NCBI GenBank assembly: GCA_965197525.1
Contig: OZ240211.1
Location: forward strand, 992,001 to 1,056,000
Direction: 5' to 3'
Length of the DNA stretch: 64,000 nt
From: Nitrosopumilus sp.
Lineage (GTDB): Archaea; Thermoproteota; Nitrososphaeria; Nitrososphaerales; Nitrosopumilaceae
A program made the translations under genes and the position numbers. Within the stretch, counting starts at the first letter, position 1, and each line of letters starts with the position of its first letter. Of this stretch, positions 10,129 through 19,346 are shown piece after piece. The notes under the pieces were generated by a model that was not told where the DNA came from, searched no databases, and was given only the letters and a program-made list of their open reading frames with translations.

Positions 10129-11288
10129 ATCGAATCCTACTCGTAGTCAATTTGACTGGACTAATCATAGGAATATCCTATGGACTGCATGCACCGGTTC
10201 TACCGTTATTTGCACAAGATGTAATTGATGCAACATACTATGATCTAGGGTTAATCGGATTAGCAACATTTGTTCCTTACATAATCATTCCACTCTTTGT
10301 TGGAATCTTTCTTGATAGAATCAATAACTGGCATCTACTCTCCATAGGCACCATAATTAACTCGACATCAGTCTATCTGTTATCTGTAGCACAGTCAGTT
10401 CCAGAAGTCATAGGACTACGAGTGATGCTAGGAGTTGCTCATGCGTTTTTTTGGCCACCGTGTGAATCAATCATATCGTATGAGAGTACCCAGAAAGACA
10501 GGGTACAGAATATATCTCAATTTACAATGTTTTTTGTAACGGGTTTTATGATAGGACCTTTGATTGGCACAATACTATTAGAGAATCTTGACATTACCTA
10601 TAGAATTTTGTTTGAGATTTCAGGATTTGTTCTTGCAGCTGCAATAATTTTCTCACTTTCAGCCTCACGAAAGAATGTACGTGATCATCAAAGCAAGTTT
10701 TCACTTTCGTCAATCAAAGAGATGAAGCGATTTCCCGAAGTTATAGTGCTAGTAATCTTTTGTACAATTTCATTTGGAATTATCATCACAATCTATCCTG
10801 CATTCCTACATGATAACGGAATGAGTGCAGGAGATGTTTTGCTACTGTATTTTGTTTTCGGAATAGCACGCATAGGATCACTGATATTGATGAGAAAATT
10901 TGCAATCAGAACAAGCCAGACTTTGATTGCAGTAACCATTGCAATATCAATCGGGTTGGCAGTAACCGTAGTTGCAGATTCAATTATCACGTTTGGGGTT
11001 GCTTTGGTATTAATGGGATTCGGAGTTGCTGTATTCGGACCGCTAACGTTGGAAATAATTTTGAGAAAGACACACAAATCAATATCAGGAAAGATGATTG
11101 GTGCATACGAGGCAATCTTTGGGCTTGGTTGGGCCATTGGACCAATAGTTGGCGGTCCTATAGCACAGATATTTGGAAATAAAGCACCATACATTGTATT
11201 TTGTCTCATAGGAGTAGGAGTGGTGGTATTGGCCGTAGTTTCAAGAAATAAACTAGAGCTGGAGAACATCAGAGAAGATAAACAGTAG
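10125..11288 (+). CDS. MFS transporter
   Basis: About 12 hydrophobic helices; GIFLDRIN loop motif. Confidence 0.88.
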   Translation: MNRILLVVNLTGLIIGISYGLHAPVLPLFAQDVIDATYYDLGLIGLATFVPYIIIPLFVGIFLDRINNWHLLSIGTIINSTSVYLLSVAQSVPEVIGLRVMLGVAHAFFWPPCESIISYESTQKDRVQNISQFTMFFVTGFMIGPLIGTILLENLDITYRILFEISGFVLAAAIIFSLSASRKNVRDHQSKFSLSSIKEMKRFPEVIVLVIFCTISFGIIITIYPAFLHDNGMSAGDVLLLYFVFGIARIGSLILMRKFAIRTSQTLIAVTIAISIGLAVTVVADSIITFGVALVLMGFGVAVFGPLTLEIILRKTHKSISGKMIGAYEAIFGLGWAIGPIVGGPIAQIFGNKAPYIVFCLIGVGVVVLAVVSRNKLELENIREDKQ

Positions 11289-11478
11289 TAGCGGTAGGAG
11301 TAGTAAGAGCATTATTCATTGTTTGTACATATTGTCTTGAATCATGACTGTCAGAGAATGGCAAAGAACGTCTTTAGATTTATTGAAATTAACATATCCT
11401 AGATAAACGAATAGTGATAGTCGTTTGAGCGTGAATTTAAAACATTAAGTTTAATTTTCAATAGAAGGATTGTAAAAC

Positions 11479-11874
11479 ATGACACTATCTGCGAACTTGC
11501 TAAACATTGGTGGAAGTGAATGGATGATTATAATCTTCGTTGCACTGATCTTGATTTTAGGGACAGGGAAACTTCCAGGAGCTGCAAAAAAGATGGGAAA
11601 GATGGTCAGTGAATACAACAAGGCAAAAAATGAGATCAAAGAATCAATAGACACTGAAGCTAAAAACTCGCCCAACATAGCAGGTCCCGTTGAGACAGAA
11701 CGAGAAAAGTTGGAGATGATTGCAAAATCAATAGGAGTCAAAACAGAAGAGAGAACAGATGAAGAGATAAGAGAGAGCATAGCAGCAAAGATGGGTCAAA
11801 AAAGAGTAAAAGAATCTGGGAGTGACAACAAACCAGACGATAGCAACAGTGAAAATAATAAAAAGATAACATAG
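11479..11874 (+). CDS. tatA: Twin-arginine translocase TatA/TatE subunit
   Basis: IGGSEWMIIIFVALILILGTGKLPGAAKKMGK: TM helix plus amphipathic helix. Confidence 0.9.
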   Translation: MTLSANLLNIGGSEWMIIIFVALILILGTGKLPGAAKKMGKMVSEYNKAKNEIKESIDTEAKNSPNIAGPVETEREKLEMIAKSIGVKTEERTDEEIRESIAAKMGQKRVKESGSDNKPDDSNSENNKKIT

Positions 11875-11996
11875 GCTACACATAATGACTGAATTGCATA
11901 TTACAGATTTGTTCTAAACAAATATACGAACATGGATAGATAGTTTGATGATTTACCAGAACGTCATTAGAATACGTTATGGTTTTAATGTTGAGA

Positions 11997-12374
11997 CTAG
12001 ACTGCCAAGAGATTTGTTTTTTTCAAAAGTGTAAATGAGACAAGACCGGCAACACCACCTAGAATAACTCCCAAAACTGGACCGATGACTTGACTTATTG
12101 GAAGTATTATAATTTGAGCAGTCAAAATAGAAAACAAAACACCTGTAACTGTGAGATTTTTAAAAAGAATACAAAGTGCAACAAACAACATCAAAGAAGT
12201 GCATATTCCTAAAGCAAGTACAATGTACACACTCATTGCAATCCCATCAATGGATAACATAGTATCGCCAGAATAACTAGCAAGATCAACTAAAGGAATT
12301 GGAATCAGACCAATTATAACAACTACAAAAATGAGAGAAAGGGTTATTTTTGGTTTGGAGGCAGATAGCGTCAT
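11997..12374 (-). CDS. Membrane protein with an Amt-like C-terminal helix pair
   Basis: Hydrophobic ORF; ILPISQVIGPVLGVILGGVAGLVSF resembles the Amt ITPxxGxVxPxxAxIIGxxAG region. Confidence 0.4.
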   Translation of the reverse strand: MTLSASKPKITLSLIFVVVIIGLIPIPLVDLASYSGDTMLSIDGIAMSVYIVLALGICTSLMLFVALCILFKNLTVTGVLFSILTAQIIILPISQVIGPVLGVILGGVAGLVSFTLLKKTNLLAV

Positions 12375-12549
12375 CACAAAAATAGATAGTGTGCTGTTTA
12401 TAACATTTGATCGAAGATACAATTACAATAGTAAGTGAGGGTTTGTTTGATTTTTGTGGCTGCCTGAACAGATAAAACTGGCATACCAAAAAGATTCTTT
12501 ATTAAAACAGTATCAAATAACAGAATAGTAATTACATCCATCACCGGAG

Positions 12550-13320
12550 CTATTTTCTTATTTGATATGTGTTCGTATCAAGTCGTTTTTTAGCAAATTG
12601 ATAATAGTCTGGAACTATTTCAAAGCCAAGAAACTTTCTTTTCAATAATTTGCTAACTACTGCAACTTGTCCTGAACCAAGAAATGGATCCAATACGACA
12701 TCGCGTTCTTCACTAGAGTATTGTAGTATTTTTTTGATGATTTCAGATGGAAGTTTGGTTGGTGTTTTTTCAGATCCGTTCCAATACTCTCTTTTGATAG
12801 TCCATACATCTTCTTTGTCCATATAATGAAGACTTTTTCCGGTTGTAGTCTTTTCGTCTTTATCAAATCTAGAGAAGGGGAAAAATTTGCGTTCTTTGTT
12901 GTCTTTGCAAACGTAGAGACAGTGATAATGCGAAGTGACAAATTTTTTTCTAGTAACAACACCGAACTGATATTTCCAGATAAGATGGTTAATAGTAATA
13001 AAACCTACATCGTCTAGAGCTTGCAGGATATCTTTAAGGTGATTCCATCCCGAAAAAACATACATACTGCCAGAGTTTTTCAGGATTCGAAATACCTCAC
13101 TCATCCATCTAAATGTAAAATCATAGTAATTTGCAGGCCTAATCTCATTATATCCAGATATCACTCTTGATGAAATTCTGTTATAATTTGGCTTATTTGC
13201 TTTAAAGTCTATAGCAAACGGAGGATCAGTGACAACAAGATCGATTCTATTTTCAGGAATTGACTTCATTCCTTCGATACAATCTTGATTGTAAATGCTG
13301 TTAATTTTTACAGTCTTCAT
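12550..13320 (-). CDS. Site-specific DNA methyltransferase (N4-C/N6-A, beta class), orphan
   Basis: Catalytic DPPF precedes SAM-binding VLDPFLGSG; no restriction endonuclease next to it. Confidence 0.9.
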   Translation of the reverse strand: MKTVKINSIYNQDCIEGMKSIPENRIDLVVTDPPFAIDFKANKPNYNRISSRVISGYNEIRPANYYDFTFRWMSEVFRILKNSGSMYVFSGWNHLKDILQALDDVGFITINHLIWKYQFGVVTRKKFVTSHYHCLYVCKDNKERKFFPFSRFDKDEKTTTGKSLHYMDKEDVWTIKREYWNGSEKTPTKLPSEIIKKILQYSSEERDVVLDPFLGSGQVAVVSKLLKRKFLGFEIVPDYYQFAKKRLDTNTYQIRK

Positions 13321-13578
13321 TTTAAATTAAAATTAAATTAAATTCTTTGTTTATAATTCATACAACATTATCAAGATGCTAACATCATATCATTATCATC
13401 GCATAAAACACTGAAACACACAAAACAAGATTCTGATCTTGAACCCGCAACCTAACAACAACCAAATTTTATACAGATTTTTGTAAAGCAGATAAGAGAA
13501 AACGACACATAATCACTTAAAAATACTGAAAAACTATAAAAGCACTATTAAATAGGGCTTTCAAAGGTTTTACACTAC

Positions 13579-13878
13579 ATGGCAACTAAAAAATCTCATG
13601 GGCGTTCACACGGTTTCAAACACAAATCAAGATCTGTTATGAAGAAGAAAGCCCCTAGAGGAGTATCATTTCTACTACGTGAATACCAGCAAGGCCAGCA
13701 AGCACTAGTAATTATTGATCCTAGACAGCATAAAGGACTGCCACATAGGAGATACCACGGCAAAGTGGGTGTCATTACGGAGGTAGGCAGACGTGCAATC
13801 ACGCTTGATGTAAAACTAGGCAACAAATCGAAAACCTTAATCACTAGGTTAGATCACATAAAACCATTCGGTGTATGA
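13579..13878 (+). CDS. rpl21e: 50S ribosomal protein L21e
   Basis: HKGLPHRRYHGKVG motif. Confidence 0.96.
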   Translation: MATKKSHGRSHGFKHKSRSVMKKKAPRGVSFLLREYQQGQQALVIIDPRQHKGLPHRRYHGKVGVITEVGRRAITLDVKLGNKSKTLITRLDHIKPFGV

Positions 13879-13879
13879 T

Positions 13880-14206
13880 ATGGAAGAAGTAAAAAAGAAA
13901 CAAGCAATTTCCCTTTCAGAAGTAAAAGAAATTTTAGGTAAAGTAGATGTTGAAGAGATGGATCAGATTCAACGATGGACGTATGATTATGTTTCAAAGT
14001 TTGTGACAACAGAAGCAAAACAAGCAAAAGAGATGAAGAAACGGCTAATCAAGGAATGTGAACTAGCAGAGCATGAGGCAGTAGAGATAGTTAACATTAG
14101 ACCTACCAGTTTGGCAGAATTACGCTCATTTACATTTGGTTGGAAGAAACTGATTCTTGCTGAAACTCTAGAAAAGATGCTCAAGATAATCAAGGAGTAT
14201 TCATAA
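13880..14206 (+). CDS. rpo4: RNA polymerase subunit Rpo4 (RpoF)
   Basis: EAVEIVNIRPTSLAELRS HRDC-like motif; conserved position after rpl21e. Confidence 0.88.
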   Translation: MEEVKKKQAISLSEVKEILGKVDVEEMDQIQRWTYDYVSKFVTTEAKQAKEMKKRLIKECELAEHEAVEIVNIRPTSLAELRSFTFGWKKLILAETLEKMLKIIKEYS

Positions 14207-14224
14207 ACATAGAGGTATTTTATT

Positions 14225-14791
14225 TTGGACAGGGCACAACAGCCACCAAGAAAGTATGAAGAGCATGCATACGTCTTAGATTTTACTGCTAGAACCAAAT
14301 CATCTACCGTACGAGGCAGAGAAGGAATTATTGTTACAACTGTAGGAGAAGATAGATTGACACTTTTGGAAATTCTTGCAGTTCCAAACTCTACATTTGA
14401 TATAGGTGAGAAAGTGCATATTGGGAAAGAGGGACGGACCAAAGTTTTGGCGGTGTTAGGAAAGATGGAGTATGCAAGAATTTCTCAAGCTGCACAAAAT
14501 GAGTTAGAGCCAGTAGTAGAGAAGATTGTAACGGTAAACGAGGAAAAATTTGTAAAGTATCTAAACAATGCGCAAGCACTAACACCAAGAATACACACAC
14601 TCGAACTAATTCCAGGGATTGGAAAGACGTACATGAAGACAATGTTAGAAGAAAGAGAGAGGCAAAAATTTGAGAGTTATGATGATCTACAAGAACGTGT
14701 AGGATTCAAAGAACCAATTAAACATATTACAGAACGAATAATGTACGAAATAACAGGTCAGAGTAGAATAAACATATTTGTCAAGAAATGA
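14225..14791 (+). CDS. DUF655 family nucleotide-binding protein
   Basis: EEHAYVLDF, LELIPGIGK HhH motif; conserved rpl21e-rpoF-DUF655-ksgA operon. Confidence 0.88.
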   Translation: MDRAQQPPRKYEEHAYVLDFTARTKSSTVRGREGIIVTTVGEDRLTLLEILAVPNSTFDIGEKVHIGKEGRTKVLAVLGKMEYARISQAAQNELEPVVEKIVTVNEEKFVKYLNNAQALTPRIHTLELIPGIGKTYMKTMLEERERQKFESYDDLQERVGFKEPIKHITERIMYEITGQSRINIFVKK

Positions 14792-15525
14792 CCGATAATA
14801 TACGACGACTGCAAAAAAGACAACAACAGCAATTAGGGCAACACTTCCTCAACTCAAAGACGATAGCTGAGATTATAGTCTCAAAGGCAGATATCACAAA
14901 AAACGATATAGTATTTGAGGTTGGGACAGGACTAGGCATTCTGACTCCATTATTATGCCAAAAAGCATGCAAAGTGATTTCAGTGGATGTAGACGAGGAA
15001 CTGGTTAAAAGAGCAACATCAGAAATGTCTCATATTGACAACCTAGTCCTAGAGTCAGGCGACGGTTTTAAGAGAGATGACACATTCTCGATATTTGTAT
15101 CAAACTTACCATACTCGAGGAGCAAAGATGCAATTGAGTGGCTTGCCCAAACAGAATTCTCGCATGGTGTAATCATGGTACAAAAAGAGTTTGCAGACAA
15201 ACTGCTGTTTGTAGAAGCATCAAAGGCAAGAAGAGCGATAACAGTTATTGCAAATTTTGCATTTAATATTACAATTATCTCCAAAGTTGGCAAGAACAAT
15301 TTTCAGCCGCCGCCAAAAATTGACTCTGTTATTTTAAAGATAGTCAAGAGAAATAATCTAACAAAAGATATGATTCATGTAATTAACAGAATTTTTTCAT
15401 ACAGAAGAAAGACGGTTAAAAATATTCTAAAACAGTTCAACAAAGAGACAACAAGTGATAAACGGGTAGATGACTTGTCAGTAGGAGAGATAGTAGATAT
15501 TGCAATCAAGATACTTGAGAGATAA
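14788..15525 (+). CDS. rsmA: 16S rRNA adenine dimethyltransferase KsgA/RsmA
   Basis: LGQHFL, EVGTGLG, SNLPY, FQPPPKIDS. Confidence 0.94.
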   Translation: MTDNIRRLQKRQQQQLGQHFLNSKTIAEIIVSKADITKNDIVFEVGTGLGILTPLLCQKACKVISVDVDEELVKRATSEMSHIDNLVLESGDGFKRDDTFSIFVSNLPYSRSKDAIEWLAQTEFSHGVIMVQKEFADKLLFVEASKARRAITVIANFAFNITIISKVGKNNFQPPPKIDSVILKIVKRNNLTKDMIHVINRIFSYRRKTVKNILKQFNKETTSDKRVDDLSVGEIVDIAIKILER

Positions 15526-16042
15526 TAAAGAAGAATACACCCCTGCAGAAGATACGTTCTTTATAGTCGATAATATCAAAGACAAGAAAGGCGATTTTGC
15601 TTTAGATGTTGGGAGTGGTTCCGGATATTTGACAAAGCTGCTAGCTGAGAATTTTTCATTTGTGGTTGGAACTGATGTCAATTACAGTGTATTAAAAGGG
15701 CAGACTACCTACAAGACAGAAAACCTCGTATGTTGTAACGGTTCAGATGCATTGGCAATGAAATTCGATCTTATTGTGTGTAATCTCCCTTATCTTGCAA
15801 CAGATGAAATACAAGATATTGCAACAGATGGCGGTAAAGAAGGATTTGAGGTGCCTAAAAAGATATTTGATTCGGTCATAGATAACATGGCCCAAGATGG
15901 CAAATTTATTTTTGTAACATCGTCACTATCAAACTATCAAAAGTTGATAAAATACACCCATATACTGGGCTTGAAGACCAGAATAATTGCAAGAAAAAAG
16001 TTATTTTTTGAAGAGCTAATCCTAGTAGAATCGGTAAAATAG
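15500..16042 (+). CDS. HemK-related (HemK2/N6AMT1-like) methyltransferase
   Basis: YTPAEDTF, LDVGSGSG, NLPY, DGGKEG. Confidence 0.85.
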   Translation: MQSRYLRDNKEEYTPAEDTFFIVDNIKDKKGDFALDVGSGSGYLTKLLAENFSFVVGTDVNYSVLKGQTTYKTENLVCCNGSDALAMKFDLIVCNLPYLATDEIQDIATDGGKEGFEVPKKIFDSVIDNMAQDGKFIFVTSSLSNYQKLIKYTHILGLKTRIIARKKLFFEELILVESVK

Positions 16043-16052
16043 CAAGATGCGG

Positions 16053-17093
16053 TTATCTTCGCAATATGCCTTTAGCACATCTAATAATTTCATCAGTCAT
16101 CTGTGTGGTAGAAGCAGTACCTCCAATATCCCATGTTACCGTCTTGCCTTCGTTAATGACTTGTTCGGTTGCAGTAAAGATTGCATCTCGGATATCCGTC
16201 TCGCCTAAATATTGTGCCATCCAAGCGCCAGACAAAACTGTTGCAGTAGGATTCACTTTATTCTGTCCTGCAAACTGTGGTGCACTTCCATGCGCTGCCT
16301 CAAACATTGCAAAGTCATCACCCATGTTTGCAGAATAAATCAGGCCAATAGATCCAACCAATCCAGAGGCCAACTCTGAGATAATATCCATAAACAAGTT
16401 GGTACTGGCAAGAACCGCTCCGTTGAACTGTTCGGGGGCCACTATCATCTGTTGGGCCATATTATCGATGTAAATCTCAGATAGCGTTACATCTGTTCCG
16501 TCTACTGCCCTCTGTGCAGAATCCCAGAATATGCCATCTGTCTGTTTTAAGATATTTCTTTTAGTTATTGCAACCATCTTTTTCATGCTGTGCTGGTCTG
16601 CCCACTTCATTGCAGAACCAAAAAATCGGTCACATCCTTGTTTTGTTATCTTTCTAATCGCGATTGCTGAATCATCAGTAATCTTTGTCTCAATGCCGGC
16701 ATACAACCCTTCAGTTGCTTCTCTAAAACATACACAGTCAAGTCGTTTGTCTGGTGTGAGCCTATCAAAAGTTTTAGTAGGTCTAATGTTAGCGTATAAC
16801 TCAAACTTTTGCCTCAATGTGACTGCAACGCTTTTTGGGGATTCAGGGACCGGAATTGTTGTGGTAGGACCTTTAAAGCACGCATCTGATTCATCTAGGA
16901 TGCGGATAGTCTCGTCTGGAATATAGGATTTGTCTCGTCTTCCGTTTTTATCCCATTGCTCAGAACCTGCCTCACAAAGAATAATCTCTGACTGGATGCC
17001 ACATTCGTTTAACACACAAAGCATGGAATCCACAACTTCTGGCCCAATACCATCACCTTTCATGACTGCTGCTACTTTTTTACCCAATATCAC
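16053..17093 (-). CDS. Isocitrate/isopropylmalate dehydrogenase family protein
   Basis: GDGIGPEV, NLFMDIISE, EAAHGSAP, NPTA motifs. Confidence 0.92.
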   Translation of the reverse strand: MILGKKVAAVMKGDGIGPEVVDSMLCVLNECGIQSEIILCEAGSEQWDKNGRRDKSYIPDETIRILDESDACFKGPTTTIPVPESPKSVAVTLRQKFELYANIRPTKTFDRLTPDKRLDCVCFREATEGLYAGIETKITDDSAIAIRKITKQGCDRFFGSAMKWADQHSMKKMVAITKRNILKQTDGIFWDSAQRAVDGTDVTLSEIYIDNMAQQMIVAPEQFNGAVLASTNLFMDIISELASGLVGSIGLIYSANMGDDFAMFEAAHGSAPQFAGQNKVNPTATVLSGAWMAQYLGETDIRDAIFTATEQVINEGKTVTWDIGGTASTTQMTDEIIRCAKGILRR

Positions 17094-17194
17094 AAAATTT
17101 TGAGATTTTATTATTTAATCCTACCCTTTCTTCAAATGTTGTCTATTTATTTTCTATAGTGATGATTTAATATGTAACAACATCAAGCGTATGT

Positions 17195-17941
17195 ATGCAG
17201 ATAGTTCAGATCTCGGATTTACATGTAGGTTCTCAGTTTCTGCAAGAGAAATTCGACATTCTAGTAAAAGAAGTAAACGAGTTAAATCCAGATGTCGTCC
17301 TAGTTACAGGAGACCTGACAAACGAGGGATTAACCAAAGAGTACGAAAAATGTAAATCGTTGCTAAGTCAGTTTCGTACAAAAAAGATTATCACGCTGAG
17401 TGGAAATCATGATTATAGAAATACAGGCTACCTGTTGTTTAAACAATTTTTTCCATTTGAAACTGTCAATCATCTAAGTGACGACGTTGTCCTAGTTACA
17501 ATCGGTACTGCTAGACCTGATAGGAACGAAGGAGAGGTAGGACACAGACAGAACGTGTGGTTGGAAAATACCATGAAAAAATACAAAGATCACGTAAAAA
17601 TTGTGGCAATGCATCATCACCTAATTGCAATTCCAGATACCGGATCTGATCAGTTGACAGTTGTTGATGCAGGAGACGTGCTACGTACAGTCATGGATTC
17701 AAATGTTGATATCGTACTGTGTGGGCACAAGCACAGACCATGGTTATGGAATTTCAAATCATTAATTGTCGCTAATGCAGGGACAGCAACATCTGAGCGC
17801 GTTCGGGGATTCTTTGAGAACACCTACAACATTATCACTGTATCAGATAAAAAAATTCATGTGGACCTTAAGATAGTAGGAGGAAGACGACTCCCGATGA
17901 ATGAGATAGTCGAAAATTATAGCAAGTTTGACGATAAATGA
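17195..17941 (+). CDS. Calcineurin-like metallophosphoesterase
   Basis: DLH, GDL, GNHD, MHHH and GHKH motifs. Confidence 0.9.
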   Translation: MQIVQISDLHVGSQFLQEKFDILVKEVNELNPDVVLVTGDLTNEGLTKEYEKCKSLLSQFRTKKIITLSGNHDYRNTGYLLFKQFFPFETVNHLSDDVVLVTIGTARPDRNEGEVGHRQNVWLENTMKKYKDHVKIVAMHHHLIAIPDTGSDQLTVVDAGDVLRTVMDSNVDIVLCGHKHRPWLWNFKSLIVANAGTATSERVRGFFENTYNIITVSDKKIHVDLKIVGGRRLPMNEIVENYSKFDDK

Positions 17942-17973
17942 ATTTATTTACAGATAATTTTTAGAATCTGTAT

Positions 17974-18060
17974 GCGGGGATCGCCTAGCCTGGTAGGGCG
18001 TAGGATTGCTAATCCTATGTCCGCAAGGACACGGGGGTTCAAATCCCCCTCCCCGCGCCA
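17974..18060 (+). tRNA. tRNA-Ser(GCT)
   Basis: Acceptor GCGGGGA/TCCCCGC, anticodon arm TAGGA-TTGCTAA-TCCTA, long variable arm, GGTTCAAATCC, encoded CCA. Confidence 0.97.
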
Positions 18061-18095
18061 TTAAAACTTAATAGACCGTTAAAGTAAGTCTGACT

Positions 18096-18257
18096 ATGGG
18101 AAGACGAAAGACCCAAAAGATTATTCGTACCAGTCCAAAAAACGCAGCAACCGGAATGTGCCCTCTATGCAAAACAATCGGAAAGATATTCTTGCTAGGA
18201 GCCCCCGGCGAGGAGAGGGCAAAGTGTGAAAAGTGCCGACAAGAATTTGAATTATAA
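18096..18257 (+). CDS. Small zinc-ribbon protein, Elf1-like (53 aa; absent from ORF track)
   Basis: Own translation: MGRRKTQKIIRTSPKNAATGMCPLCKTIGKIFLLGAPGEERAKCEKCRQEFEL; basic N-terminus plus two CxxC. Confidence 0.7.
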   Translation: MGRRKTQKIIRTSPKNAATGMCPLCKTIGKIFLLGAPGEERAKCEKCRQEFEL

Positions 18258-18330
18258 AGTAACCAAAAACAATAATCAAGTGTCACCAGTAACCAATAAC
18301 TTTTTAACAGAATATCTATTTTAGATGATT

Positions 18331-18501
18331 ATGAGTGCAGAAGTTGAGACCATTTATGAACGTGTATCAAAACTTGAAGATGAAATAGCACTACTTCGAA
18401 ACGAAATTGACGTCATCAAACATACACTAAAAAATAGGATTATGCGTTATGAGATAGATAAAGTAAAGAACGGAGAGAACATAGACTCGATTATGGGCTA
18501 G
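18331..18501 (+). CDS. Small coiled-coil hypothetical protein (56 aa; absent from ORF track)
   Basis: Own translation: MSAEVETIYERVSKLEDEIALLRNEIDVIKHTLKNRIMRYEIDKVKNGENIDSIMG; heptad pattern. Confidence 0.7.
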   Translation: MSAEVETIYERVSKLEDEIALLRNEIDVIKHTLKNRIMRYEIDKVKNGENIDSIMG

Positions 18502-19343
18502 TAGTTGTTTGTTTTAGTATTCTGATTAATTTTTTGTTTTAGTATTCTGATTAACTCCAAAATGAGATCCACATCCTCAGCATTCGGACTGATCTCCAAA
18601 TAACGGGTCAGGTATTCTAAAGCAGTTTCGTAATGTTGTAGCCTATCCTCCAAGATTCCCTTGTCCCTTATATCATCAGGGGATTCGGGTGCAATGGCTA
18701 GGATCATATCAATACAACGCAATGCCTTGTCGTAGACAAATGATTGAGCATAGGAGTTCTTCAAGTTACGCGCTAGTCTAACTAGTATATGAGTAGCGGT
18801 TATAGCATCAAGGTAGTGAGGTTGGAACTCTAGCTGCCCACCAAAATTAGCGTCCAAGATACTCTGCAGATCATCAATGTCTAGCAACCGTCCATCAGAG
18901 AACGGATCCAATATGGTCTCCTCGTTATACTTTACCAGTACGTGACCCGGGAACCCAATTACTTGAAGATCCAATTCGATAAACTTTGCAATCTCGACAT
19001 AAAGAATTGACAAGGTAATTGGAATGCCAGATCTCTTATCAATAACGTTGTTTAGAAAATTATTATTTGGATTATAATAGTCAGTGTCGTCTTTACTGAA
19101 ACCCAAATTCTGGAATAGATGCTCGTTTAGTATGGAGATCAAGTATGTGGGATTTTTAACATCACCGACTGATTCTTTGAGTGATTTACCGATTCGATTT
19201 ATTTTTTGGATATACTCATTGACATCTAAATCTGGATACTCTAAAAGCTGTGCAAATTTCAAAGATTTTTCAGCTAGGTTAAAGTTTGGATTTTTTACAA
19301 ATGCAAGCCATTCGGCAACAAATGGATCAAAGTCTTTGTCCAA
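18498..19343 (-). CDS. SirB1/transglutaminase-like protein with TPR repeats
   Basis: GIPITLSILY, IGFPGHVLV, C-terminal TPR-like helices. Confidence 0.85.
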   Translation of the reverse strand: MDKDFDPFVAEWLAFVKNPNFNLAEKSLKFAQLLEYPDLDVNEYIQKINRIGKSLKESVGDVKNPTYLISILNEHLFQNLGFSKDDTDYYNPNNNFLNNVIDKRSGIPITLSILYVEIAKFIELDLQVIGFPGHVLVKYNEETILDPFSDGRLLDIDDLQSILDANFGGQLEFQPHYLDAITATHILVRLARNLKNSYAQSFVYDKALRCIDMILAIAPESPDDIRDKGILEDRLQHYETALEYLTRYLEISPNAEDVDLILELIRILKQKINQNTKTNNY

Positions 19344-19346
19344 TTA

